64,000 nucleotides of DNA from Candidatus Velthaea sp. (GTDB taxonomy: Bacteria > Vulcanimicrobiota > Vulcanimicrobiia > Vulcanimicrobiales > Vulcanimicrobiaceae): the NCBI GenBank assembly GCA_965214935.1, contig CBDCCS010000022.1, positions 480,001 through 544,000 on the forward strand. The letters are read 5' to 3'. Shown piece after piece: positions 51,408 through 60,565 of the stretch. Each line of letters begins with the position of its first letter. The first letter of the stretch is position 1. The translations under genes and the position numbers were made by a program. The notes below the pieces were generated by a model. It did not search any database. It saw only the letters and a list, made by a program, of their open reading frames with translations, and was not told the DNA's origin.

Positions 51408-51860
51408 CTAAAGACCTCGAAGAGCGACGAGTGTCGGCGTGTCTTGCGCCATGAGGCCGGCATGGATGAGCGTCCAGTACATGATATACAGCCCCTTGGA
51501 CGACGCACCCGTCATCGCCGTCAGCTGATCGCCGATGAACTGCGCACCGCTGATCTGACCCGATGAATTTAATTCGTCGAGCAAGTGGGGGACGTCCGGC
51601 TTCATTTCGGGTAGTCCTAAGGAACGAACCGGAACGGAAACGCCGATCTGCTGCGGAACGACGAAGCCCGCGGCTTTCAGGCGTGTCATGATCGATTTGA
51701 TGTTACCCGGAAGCTGCAATTTCATCGTCAACACATTACGCACGACGTCGACGCCGACGTCGGTTGAACCCGCAGTCGACTGCGCGGCCGCCAGCGCAAG
51801 GGTAGTTGCGCCCGGACGTGACAGATCGAGCGGAATCGTCAACGCGGCAAAGGCCCCCAT
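51408..51860 (-). CDS. Hypothetical protein heading the carotenoid operon
   Basis: Strong GGAGGAG RBS, 150 aa, stop 2 bp before the inferred desaturase start. Confidence 0.7.
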   Translation of the reverse strand: MGAFAALTIPLDLSRPGATTLALAAAQSTAGSTDVGVDVVRNVLTMKLQLPGNIKSIMTRLKAAGFVVPQQIGVSVPVRSLGLPEMKPDVPHLLDELNSSGQISGAQFIGDQLTAMTGASSKGLYIMYWTLIHAGLMAQDTPTLVALRGL

Positions 51861-51958
51861 GAGTTGTCTCCTCCGGCTCGGCCGGTAACGGTGCGACACA
51901 GCTGTCGTTCGTCAATAACATACGCGCCGCGGGCGCGAAAGGTTGTAGTCCACGCTTC

Positions 51959-53041
51959 ATGCCGGTCATTGAGATAACGCCCCAAACAAACATTCGCGAA
52001 CTTGTCGAAGCGCTGCCGATTGCGGCGGACGTTCTCGGCCAATTCGGTCTTGCCTGTTCGGGCTGCGGTGTTAATAAATACGAAAACATTGCCGCCGGCG
52101 CGAAAGCTCACGGCTTGCGCCCCGAACCGATTGTCGCCGCATTGCGCCAAGCACGCCTGTCCGGGCGAGTTCCGACGATCATGAATGAGGATCGCGCGCC
52201 GGCGCGCCGCGCCCCGAGCGAATTTGCGCGGCGAGCGAGATTCGCGTACGTCGTGCCGGTCATGTCCGGCAAGGGCGGCGTCGGCAAATCACTCACGACC
52301 GGTTTGCTGGCGATCGGTTTACGACGTGCCGGCAAACGCGTGGGCATTCTCGATGCCGATATCACCGGGCCGTCGATTCCGCGGCTATTCGGCATGACGA
52401 CGCCGCTGGGCATCGAGAGCGACCCGGCGGTTCCGGCCGGTCAAGCGCCAAAACCGCTCATGGTGCCGGCACTCTCACGATCGGCGATCGAAATCGTCAG
52501 CTCGAATCTACTGACCGATAAAGAAGACACCGCGATGATCTGGCGCGGCCCGATCTTGTCCGGCGTCATCCGTCAGTTCTACGAACAGGTGCTGTGGAGC
52601 GATCTCGACGTCTTGCTCATCGATTTGCCGCCCGGAACGTCCGATGCGCCGTTGACCGTTTTGCAATCGCTCGATATCGACGGCGTTGTCCTCGTGACGA
52701 TGCCGCAACGCCTTGCGACGATGATCGTGCGCAAAGCCGCAAATCTCATTCATCAGTTAAAGAAGCCGATTCTCGGAGTCGTTGAAAACATGTCGTACTT
52801 TATCGCGGCCGACACCGGTAAACGGTACGACGTTTTCGGACCGTCCTATGCCGATCAGGTCGCCGAGCTCGCGGGTGCCCCGGTGCTCGCGCGGATGCCG
52901 ATCGATCCGCGGATCGTCGAACTCGCCGACAACGGCCGCATCGAGGAGATCGACGATCCGATCGTCGACTTGCTGGCGACGCGGCTCATGGAAGTGCTTG
53001 CGGCACACCCGAAACCCAAGCAAACGATTTCAATCATCTAA
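51959..53041 (+). CDS. Mrp/NBP35 (ApbC-like) Fe-S carrier ATPase with N-terminal DUF1858-like domain
   Basis: SGKGGVGKS, DADITGPS, IWRGP, DLPPGTSD and ENMS. N-terminal FGLACSGC. Confidence 0.88.
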   Translation: MPVIEITPQTNIRELVEALPIAADVLGQFGLACSGCGVNKYENIAAGAKAHGLRPEPIVAALRQARLSGRVPTIMNEDRAPARRAPSEFARRARFAYVVPVMSGKGGVGKSLTTGLLAIGLRRAGKRVGILDADITGPSIPRLFGMTTPLGIESDPAVPAGQAPKPLMVPALSRSAIEIVSSNLLTDKEDTAMIWRGPILSGVIRQFYEQVLWSDLDVLLIDLPPGTSDAPLTVLQSLDIDGVVLVTMPQRLATMIVRKAANLIHQLKKPILGVVENMSYFIAADTGKRYDVFGPSYADQVAELAGAPVLARMPIDPRIVELADNGRIEEIDDPIVDLLATRLMEVLAAHPKPKQTISII

Positions 53042-54274
53042 CAGCGTGCGGTCGGCGGGCCAGTCGGCAAGTTTTCCGAGTTCGCCCGTCGGCAACGCCG
53101 GCCCGAAACTGAACGAGCGCGGCCGTTCGGGCGGCGTGAGATACAGGTCGCTCCATGCAAAGAGCGTCGCGCGCAGCACGCTTTCATCGATGGTACGATC
53201 GTGCGGGACGATGTAGGCCTTGAGCCGATTGCCTTCAGCGGGTTGCATCAAGCGGACGGCGGCATCGGCGATTGCCGGATGACCGCGCAGCAGTGCGCCG
53301 ATTTTCTCCGGCAACACATTGGTTCCGCCGACTTGCACGGCACCCTCGCGCCGCCCGGCCGGCCGTACGTGTCGTGCGTCGTCCCAGGTCAGCAAGTCCG
53401 GCGCCCGAAGCGTTCGTTCGCTGCCGTCCGGTGAGCGGCGCACGAGATCGTCGCCCCCACCCCGCCGCCAATAGGGCAGCAATGCGTATGCTTCGGACGG
53501 GTCGCGGCGCATGCCGATTCCGGCGGTTTCCGACGAACCGTACACCTCCGTCAGGGACCCGACCCCACGGGCGACGACCGTACGGGCGACGGCCGCCGAA
53601 CACGGCGCCGTGGAGGTAACACCACGCACGTCCGCCGTCAGCGGCGCAACGCCGGCTGCAAACCCGGCCCAAAAATCGGGATGTCCCACGACGAGATCGC
53701 CGTCCGCCAGCAATGCGCCGAGCCCGGCCGCCGACGTGCCGCGAACGTCGATAACGCCGGCGTTAAGTCGAACCGGCAACAGCACGGTCCACAAGAAGCC
53801 GTAGATATGGTGGCTTGGAACCGCAGCAACGACCCGCCGGACATTGCTGAACGCCGCCGCCAGGACGTCGATCTCCGCCAGCAGATCGGTCAGCGCATGA
53901 ACGCACCATTTTGGTTCGCCGGTGCTGCCGGACGTCTGGAAGGTTACCGCTCCATGATAACCCGTCAAGCTTCGGCAAGTGGTATCGATCCATTCGCCGA
54001 CCGTCGTGCGCGTCAGCAACGTGTCTTCGATGTTGCTCTGCTGCAGATGGATCGCTTCGCCGAGCGCCGTCGCCAGCTTCAAGCGATCGAGCGAATCGGC
54101 ACCGACTCCCGATTCGCCGAGGTCGAGCGTATCGGGCCAAGGCAACGGCGGTAAGCGGCGGCCGGGAGCGATGCGCCGGGCCTCACTTGCAACCAGGTCG
54201 CAAACGAAGCGGCCGACGGCATGACGATCGCGCCACCACCGCACCGAGTCACCCGCTTCAGATGATTCGGACAA
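53030..54274 (-). CDS. pcl: 4-coumarate-CoA ligase, PYP-activation family
   Basis: Short AMP-binding enzyme with TSGSTGEPK, VPSHHIYG, STAP, YGSSETAG and GRR...VQVGG.NV, plus an N-terminal ACP-like ADSL segment. A PYP gene lies in the same cluster. Confidence 0.82.
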   Translation of the reverse strand: MSESSEAGDSVRWWRDRHAVGRFVCDLVASEARRIAPGRRLPPLPWPDTLDLGESGVGADSLDRLKLATALGEAIHLQQSNIEDTLLTRTTVGEWIDTTCRSLTGYHGAVTFQTSGSTGEPKWCVHALTDLLAEIDVLAAAFSNVRRVVAAVPSHHIYGFLWTVLLPVRLNAGVIDVRGTSAAGLGALLADGDLVVGHPDFWAGFAAGVAPLTADVRGVTSTAPCSAAVARTVVARGVGSLTEVYGSSETAGIGMRRDPSEAYALLPYWRRGGGDDLVRRSPDGSERTLRAPDLLTWDDARHVRPAGRREGAVQVGGTNVLPEKIGALLRGHPAIADAAVRLMQPAEGNRLKAYIVPHDRTIDESVLRATLFAWSDLYLTPPERPRSFSFGPALPTGELGKLADWPADRTLLDD

Positions 54275-54291
54275 CCGCCGGCCGTTCGGCG

Positions 54292-54765
54292 TTAAGCGCT
54301 CGGCACTTTGGCACGATACGATTCGTCGATCGCAGTCATCTTTTCGACCTTACGCGTGGAACCGCCGCCGGCGAACTCGGAAGCCAAGAACGCATCGACG
54401 ATCGATTTCGCGAGCTCTGGCCCGATGACGCGCGCGCCCAGCGCCAGGACATGAGCATCGTTGCTTTTGCGCGCCCGTTCGGCGCTATACACGTCATGCG
54501 CTTGGGCGGCGCGCACACCGGGAACCTTATTGGCGGTAATCGCCATGCCGATGCCGGTCCCGCAAATGAGAATAGCCCGCTGTTCGCGGCCTGCGGCAAT
54601 TGCTTCGGCGACGTCACGCGCAACGTCGGGATAATCGACATCCGGCGTTGCCTGTGCGCTGCGTACACCGAAGTCTTCCACCTCGACGCCGCTGCGCTCC
54701 AGATGGTCGACGATAATGTCTTTGAGGTCGAAGCCGGCCTCGTCGCTTCCGATTGCTACGCGCAT
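54292..54765 (-). CDS. rpiB: RpiB/LacA-family sugar-phosphate isomerase (possibly D-erythrulose-4-P isomerase)
   Basis: IGSDEAG, DYP, CGTGIGM..ANK.PG and RKSNDA..LGARVIG. Confidence 0.88.
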   Translation of the reverse strand: MRVAIGSDEAGFDLKDIIVDHLERSGVEVEDFGVRSAQATPDVDYPDVARDVAEAIAAGREQRAILICGTGIGMAITANKVPGVRAAQAHDVYSAERARKSNDAHVLALGARVIGPELAKSIVDAFLASEFAGGGSTRKVEKMTAIDESYRAKVPSA

Positions 54766-54769
54766 TGCG

Positions 54770-55435
54770 TCACCTTTGAACTTCGAGATGCGGTTGGGGC
54801 GCCGCCGGGTCGACCTGGCGCGCGATCGTTTCCAGAATGAGCGCGGTCGAGGTCGCGCCGGCATCTTGATGACCGCGCGTGCGCTCACCGAGCTTTGCCG
54901 CCCGGCCGCGCTTGGCAATCATGTCGCTCGTCGACCGGGCACCGGCGGCGGCCGCGGCCGCGGCAGCGTTCAAAACTTCGCCGATGCCTGCTCCGCCGTC
55001 CGCAGACCGGGCGGCCGCCTCGGCCGCCGGTATCAACGCATCGAGCATCGTCTTATCGCCGGCTTGCGCCTTACCGCGCGTCACCACTCCGTCGACCGCT
55101 GCTTTGAGAATCGCTGCAACCGCGCTGCCGTCGAGCGTTTCGGCCGTATTCGCCGCCGCGCCGGCGCGTATGAACGCCGTGCCGAAAATCGGACCCATCG
55201 CCGCCCCGACGGCATTCACCAGCGTCATTCCGACCTTTTGCAACACGCCGCCGACCGTCGGCGGCATTTCGGCTGCGAGCGCAGCTTGCACCGCGCGAAC
55301 GCCGATCGTCAGACTGACGCCGTGATCGCCGTCGCCGCCGACCGCGTCGAGCTGCGAAAGGATGTCGGCATTCGCTTCAACCGCCGCGGCAACGGCGTCG
55401 ACGACGGTTCGAGCGTCGGGCGCGCTCGCCGCCAT
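54770..55435 (-). CDS. dhaL: Dihydroxyacetone-kinase family subunit L
   Basis: LDAVGGDGDHG, GDKTMLDAL, GRA..LGER and DAGA. Confidence 0.9.
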   Translation of the reverse strand: MAASAPDARTVVDAVAAAVEANADILSQLDAVGGDGDHGVSLTIGVRAVQAALAAEMPPTVGGVLQKVGMTLVNAVGAAMGPIFGTAFIRAGAAANTAETLDGSAVAAILKAAVDGVVTRGKAQAGDKTMLDALIPAAEAAARSADGGAGIGEVLNAAAAAAAAGARSTSDMIAKRGRAAKLGERTRGHQDAGATSTALILETIARQVDPAAPQPHLEVQR

Positions 55436-56568
55436 TACGAGTGTCCGGCTCCCGGACGTAACACGATTTTGAGCGAGTCTTCGCCGCGCTCCATCACCTC
55501 GAAGCCTTTTTTGAAATCGGCGAGCGCAAACTGATGGGTCACGATGTTGCGAACGTCGATCGTCCGGTCGGCGATGTAGCGAATCGCGCGCGGATACGTG
55601 TACGGACCGAGGTGTGCGCCGAGGACATCGAGTTCTTTGCGATCGCCGATGATCGACCAGTCGACGGTCGTCTCATCGGTGAACACGCTAAATTCGATGA
55701 ACCGGCCGAGTTTCCGAATCATCTTCAAACCCATGTTGACCATCGGGGCGTAGCCGGTCGCCTCAATGAAAACATCGCAGCCGTAGCCGCCGGTCAACCG
55801 GCTGATCTCGGCAAAGGCGTCGGTCTCTTTGGGATTGATCAGGACATCGGCACCCATCCGCTTGGCCAATGCCAGACGCGACGACTTCGCATCGAGCACG
55901 ACGATTGTTTTGGGGTTACGTAAACGCAAACCGCCGATCATTCCCAAGCCGAGCGTGCCGGCGCCGGCCACGACGACGATGTCGTCGGGTTCGACTGCCG
56001 CGCGTTCGACGGCATGCAGCGCGCACGCAAGCGGTTCGACGACGATCGCTTCTTCGATCGGAATCAAATCGGGCACTTTGTGCACGATGGCTTCTTTGGT
56101 GTATATCATGTATTCGGCCATCGCGCCGTTAACGTTGTTCTGAAAGCCGTATAGATCGTGCTTCTGGCACATCCAGTACTGGCCGTGATTGCAAAACCGG
56201 CACTGCCAACACGGGACGATCTGTTCGGAGATCACCCGCTCGCCGATGGCGATTTGATGCTTCTCGCCGGCGCCTTCACCTAACGCGACGACCCGGCCGA
56301 TGAATTCGTGCCCGGGGATCATCGGCGGCTTGACGTACCGCGGCTGTTCGGCGTCGCCCCAGAATGAGGGTGCGCCGTGATACGTCTTGATGTCGCCGGC
56401 GCAAATACCGACGGCCTCGACGCTGGTCAGAACTTCGAGCGGTCCGGGCTGCGGCACGGGGACGGTCTCGAGCCGGTAATCACCAGGGCCGTGACACACG
56501 ACGGCCGCCATCGTGGCGGGGATGCTGCCGACCGGCGGACGATCGGGTGTCGCAATGGTCATACTCAT
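55435..56568 (-). CDS. Zn-dependent polyol dehydrogenase, erythritol/L-threitol dehydrogenase-like
   Basis: GICAGDIK.YHGA..FWGD, PGHEF, CxxCxxCx7C and DWSIIGDRKELD. Confidence 0.82.
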   Translation of the reverse strand: MSMTIATPDRPPVGSIPATMAAVVCHGPGDYRLETVPVPQPGPLEVLTSVEAVGICAGDIKTYHGAPSFWGDAEQPRYVKPPMIPGHEFIGRVVALGEGAGEKHQIAIGERVISEQIVPCWQCRFCNHGQYWMCQKHDLYGFQNNVNGAMAEYMIYTKEAIVHKVPDLIPIEEAIVVEPLACALHAVERAAVEPDDIVVVAGAGTLGLGMIGGLRLRNPKTIVVLDAKSSRLALAKRMGADVLINPKETDAFAEISRLTGGYGCDVFIEATGYAPMVNMGLKMIRKLGRFIEFSVFTDETTVDWSIIGDRKELDVLGAHLGPYTYPRAIRYIADRTIDVRNIVTHQFALADFKKGFEVMERGEDSLKIVLRPGAGHS

Positions 56569-56714
56569 ACGGGCCTCGATTCAGCGGATACGTGAGTGTT
56601 TGTTTCTCGAGCGTTCGCGTGTAGACTACGGTAATGGTTTACCCTTGGGCCTGTCAAACGGCGCATTCGACGGCAACAATTTGATGTCTGCCAAGCGCCT
56701 GGACGGAAACGTCC

Positions 56715-57764
56715 GTGGCTAGCATTAAAGATGTGGCGGAACGTGCGGGTGTTTCCGTCGCGAGCGTCTCGCGCGTCTTGAATACGAGCCGTCCGGTCGC
56801 CGGCCACACGCGCGACCGCGTTGTCGCCGCTGCGCGCGATCTCAACTACAGCATCGATCAGCGCGCGCGCGCAATCCGCTTGCAGAAATCCGGAACGCTC
56901 GGACTTATCGTAGCGGATGTCGCCAACCCGTTCACCGCCGAAGTCATTCGTTCGATCGAAGCCGTTGCATATCGGAACGGTCACGATTTATTTTTGTGCA
57001 ACTCCGATGAAGATGCGGATCGCGAACGGCTGCACTGTCAGGCGATGATGAGTCAGCGGATCGGCGGGATTATCTTGTTGCCGGTGTCTTTTAGCGGCAG
57101 CGCATTAACGCCGCTGCTCAATAACGATATTCCGGTGGTTTGCCTCGATCGAAACATCGAGGACTTTTCCCTCGACGCGGTGTTAGTGAACAACGACGCG
57201 GGCGGAACGATGGCCGCCGTCGCCTTGTTCGAAGCCGGTCATCGGCGGATCGGCATCATCGGCGCCGGCCGGACGACGCCCGGGCGCGATCGCGTCGTCA
57301 GCTTCCGGCGCACGCTGGCTGAGCGCGGCGTGCACATCGACGACGAACTCGTGCGCAGCGGCGAATACAAAGAAGACGGCGGTTACACCGAAACGCTGTC
57401 GCTGCTTTCCCGCGCCCAGCGGCCGACGGCGCTCTTCATCGTCAATCATCCGATGACGATCGGGGCCTTGCGAGCGATTCGAGATTTAGGGCTGCACGTA
57501 CCACGCGACGTGAGTCTCTTGGCCTTTGACGATCCGACCTGGGCACCGTTCCTCGATCCACCGCTCTCGGCGATCCGTCAACCGACCGATTTACTTGGTT
57601 CGTGCGCCGCCGAGATGTTGATCGAACGCGTCGATGCGCGTTACGTCGGTCCGGCACGCCTCATCGTCTTACAGCCGCAGTACATGCAACGCTCGTCGAT
57701 CGGCACGTTACCGCCGGAAGCAGCAGCGCTTTCAAAAATAGTTCCCTTGGCCGAACGGCTCTAA
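56715..57764 (+). CDS. LacI-family transcriptional regulator
   Basis: SIKDVAERAGVSVASVSRVLN, NPF and VPRDVSL..FDD. Confidence 0.93.
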   Translation: MASIKDVAERAGVSVASVSRVLNTSRPVAGHTRDRVVAAARDLNYSIDQRARAIRLQKSGTLGLIVADVANPFTAEVIRSIEAVAYRNGHDLFLCNSDEDADRERLHCQAMMSQRIGGIILLPVSFSGSALTPLLNNDIPVVCLDRNIEDFSLDAVLVNNDAGGTMAAVALFEAGHRRIGIIGAGRTTPGRDRVVSFRRTLAERGVHIDDELVRSGEYKEDGGYTETLSLLSRAQRPTALFIVNHPMTIGALRAIRDLGLHVPRDVSLLAFDDPTWAPFLDPPLSAIRQPTDLLGSCAAEMLIERVDARYVGPARLIVLQPQYMQRSSIGTLPPEAAALSKIVPLAERL

Positions 57765-57898
57765 CCGGTAAAGAATTACCATCCGGCGAAGTGATGCGTT
57801 TATCCGCCGGTTCTTGCACGCGCTGTTTCGCGCTGTACCATCCACGCTGTACCATCGCACCGCTTGCACGCGGTGAAGCTTAGGAGCAGTGACTCGTC

Positions 57899-58993
57899 AT
57901 GGCAAAGATCAAACTCGAGGCGCTTACTAAAAAATACGGGGTCGTCACCGCCGTTAATAGCGTCAACCTCGACATCGACGACGATGAATTCCTCGTACTC
58001 GTCGGCCCGTCCGGTTGCGGAAAGACCACGACCCTGCGTATGGTCGCGGGACTCGAAGATATTAGCGGCGGCAGCGTCTTTATCGGCGACCGGCGCGTGA
58101 ACGACGTCGAACCCAAAGACCGCGACATTGCGATGGTCTTTCAAAGCTATGCGCTCTATCCGCACATGTCGGTATTCGACAACATGGCGTTCGGCTTAAA
58201 AATGCGAAAAGTCGCACCGACGGAGATCGACCGGCGCATCCAAGAAGCGTCGGCGATGTTAGGGATCGGCCATCTGCTCAAACGCAAACCGCGCGAACTT
58301 TCGGGCGGTCAGCGTCAACGCGTCGCACTCGGCCGGGCGATCGTGCGCGAGCCGGCGGTGTTCTTGATGGATGAACCGCTCTCGAACCTCGACGCGCAGG
58401 TACGCGCCAACACGCGTACGGAGTTGCTACGCATCCATCAACGGGTCAAGAACACGGTGATGTACGTGACGCACGATCAAGTCGAAGCGATGACGATGGG
58501 CGATCGGATCGTCGTGATGAAGGACGGCTTCGTGCAGCAAGTCGCGGCACCGAAAGAAATTTACGATCATCCGGCCAATAAATTCGTCGCCAGCTTCATC
58601 GGTTCACCGCCGATGAATTTCTTAGACGCAGAGATCCAAACCAGCGGTGATACCGCGATCTTACGCGGTCCGTCGTTTGCGTTTTCGGTGAACGGTCAAT
58701 CGGCTGCGCGCTTAGCGCAAACCAGTTCGCGCGGCGTTACCGTCGGTGTCCGGCCCGAAGATGTGATCGTCGGCAACGGCGCCGCGGCGAACGGTTCGGC
58801 GATGCGCGCGCGCGTCGACGTCGTCGAAACGCTCGGTGCCGAGCAGCATCTATCGCTCTCGTCGGACGGCGCCTCGTTCCTCGCGCGCGTCGGCGCCGAC
58901 CACATGGCGCGCATCGGCGATCAAGTCAGTGCCACGATCGATCCGGCGAAATTACACGTCTTCGATCGCGAAAGCGGCATCGCTTACCTGTGA
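57899..58993 (+). CDS. MalK/UgpC-type ABC ATPase
   Basis: GPSGCGKTT, FQSYALYPHM, LSGGQRQR, DEPLSNLD and FIGSP.MN. Confidence 0.93.
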   Translation: MAKIKLEALTKKYGVVTAVNSVNLDIDDDEFLVLVGPSGCGKTTTLRMVAGLEDISGGSVFIGDRRVNDVEPKDRDIAMVFQSYALYPHMSVFDNMAFGLKMRKVAPTEIDRRIQEASAMLGIGHLLKRKPRELSGGQRQRVALGRAIVREPAVFLMDEPLSNLDAQVRANTRTELLRIHQRVKNTVMYVTHDQVEAMTMGDRIVVMKDGFVQQVAAPKEIYDHPANKFVASFIGSPPMNFLDAEIQTSGDTAILRGPSFAFSVNGQSAARLAQTSSRGVTVGVRPEDVIVGNGAAANGSAMRARVDVVETLGAEQHLSLSSDGASFLARVGADHMARIGDQVSATIDPAKLHVFDRESGIAYL

Positions 58994-59994
58994 AGAAGCT
59001 CATCAACGACCCCTTCGCCGTGGTCGACGAGATGATCGACGGCTACATTGCCGCGCATCCCGATCTCGTGAAGCGTGGTGAAGGCGGCAACGGACGCGCC
59101 GTCGTCCGGGCGAACGCGCCCATCGCCGGTAAAGTCGGGGTGATCATCGGCGGCGGCTCCGGCCACGAACCGGCATTTATGGGTTACGTCGGCGAAGGTT
59201 CGGCCGACGGTTGCCCGGTCGGCAATGTGTTCGCTTCACCGCCGCCCGATCCGATTCTCGCGACGACCCGGGCCGTCAACGGCGGCGCGGGCATCGTCTA
59301 TTCGTACGGCAACTATTCCGGCGACGTCATGAATTTCGACATGGCGGCCGAATTCGCCGCGATGGAAGGAATCAACGTCAAAACGGTGCTCGTTACCGAC
59401 GACGTTGCCTCTGCTGCCAAAGGCAGCGAAGATGAACGGCGCGGAATTGCCGGCGGGTTTTTCGTTTTCAAAGTCATCGCCGCGCGCGCCGCGGAGATGG
59501 CGACGCTCGACGAAGTTGAAGCAACGGCGCGGAAAGCGAACGCGCGCACGCGCACGATGGGCGTCGCGCTAGCTGCATGTACGGTTCCCGCCGCCGGCCG
59601 TCCGACGTTCTCGTTAGGCGATGACGAGATGGAAATTGGTCTGGGGATTCACGGCGAACCGGGCATGCGCCGCGGTCCGATCGAAAGCGCCGATACCGTT
59701 ACCGATTCGCTGCTCGATGCGATCCTTGCCGACATGCCGATCGCCGGCGGAGAGCGTGTTGCCGTACTGGTGAACGGCCTGGGTGCCACGCCCGCGATGG
59801 AACTGTACATCATGTTTCGTCACCTTGCCGCGCGCTTGAAAGAGCACGGCATCGCCATTCACCGGTCGTACGTTGGTGAATACGTCACGTCGCTCGAGAT
59901 GGCCGGCGCATCGATCACGCTCATGCACCTCGACGACGAGCTGGCGCGCCTTGTCGATGCACCGGCGCGAACGCCGATGTTCGTTCAAAACTGA
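58990..59994 (+). CDS. dhaK: Dihydroxyacetone-kinase family subunit K
   Basis: GGGSGHEP, NYSGD.MNF, DDVAS, GIHGEPG and TSLEMAG. Confidence 0.9.
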   Translation: MKKLINDPFAVVDEMIDGYIAAHPDLVKRGEGGNGRAVVRANAPIAGKVGVIIGGGSGHEPAFMGYVGEGSADGCPVGNVFASPPPDPILATTRAVNGGAGIVYSYGNYSGDVMNFDMAAEFAAMEGINVKTVLVTDDVASAAKGSEDERRGIAGGFFVFKVIAARAAEMATLDEVEATARKANARTRTMGVALAACTVPAAGRPTFSLGDDEMEIGLGIHGEPGMRRGPIESADTVTDSLLDAILADMPIAGGERVAVLVNGLGATPAMELYIMFRHLAARLKEHGIAIHRSYVGEYVTSLEMAGASITLMHLDDELARLVDAPARTPMFVQN

Positions 59995-60004
59995 TCGCGG
60001 GCAA

Positions 60005-60553
60005 ATGACGGTCGCGGAACTTGCCGCGACCGCCGCCGACGAGATTCGCAATGCCGTTGCCGGTGTCGACGAACGTAGCGTGCAGGCGTTGCGCGAACGG
60101 CTCAGCACGGCAAACGCCATTGCAACGTACGGCGTCGGCCGCGAAGGTCTCGTGCTGCGCGGCTTCGCGATGCGCTTGTATCATCTCGGTTTGCCGGCGT
60201 TTGTGACCGGCGACATGACGGCCCGGCCGCTGGGCGCGGGCGGACTGCTTGTTTGCAGCGCGGGTCCGGGGTCTTTCTCAACCGTCGCGGCGTTGAGCGG
60301 TGTCGCGCGCAACGCCGGCGCTGCCGTCGTTTTGTTTACCGCGCAGCCGCAGACGGATTTAGCCGCAACGGCCGATCTCGTCGTCCACCTTTCCGCTCAA
60401 ACAATGGCCGGCGGACCTGCCTCGCAGCAGCTCATGGGTTCGTTGTACGAACAGGCGTTGTGGGTGCTCGGTGATGCGCTGATCGATCAGCTCGTTGCCG
60501 ACGGACAGCTCGACCGCATGGCGATCGTGCAGCGTCATACGAACCTCGAATAA
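60005..60553 (+). CDS. SIS-domain sugar-phosphate isomerase (HxlB-like)
   Basis: GVGREG, FAMRL.HLG, MGSLYEQ and RHTNLE. Confidence 0.85.
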   Translation: MTVAELAATAADEIRNAVAGVDERSVQALRERLSTANAIATYGVGREGLVLRGFAMRLYHLGLPAFVTGDMTARPLGAGGLLVCSAGPGSFSTVAALSGVARNAGAAVVLFTAQPQTDLAATADLVVHLSAQTMAGGPASQQLMGSLYEQALWVLGDALIDQLVADGQLDRMAIVQRHTNLE

Positions 60554-60565
60554 GCTCGGTACGCT

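Noticed and set aside
60005..60553. RuMP formaldehyde fixation
   Set aside because: No hexulose-phosphate synthase (hxlA) is in the window, and the context is sugar catabolism.
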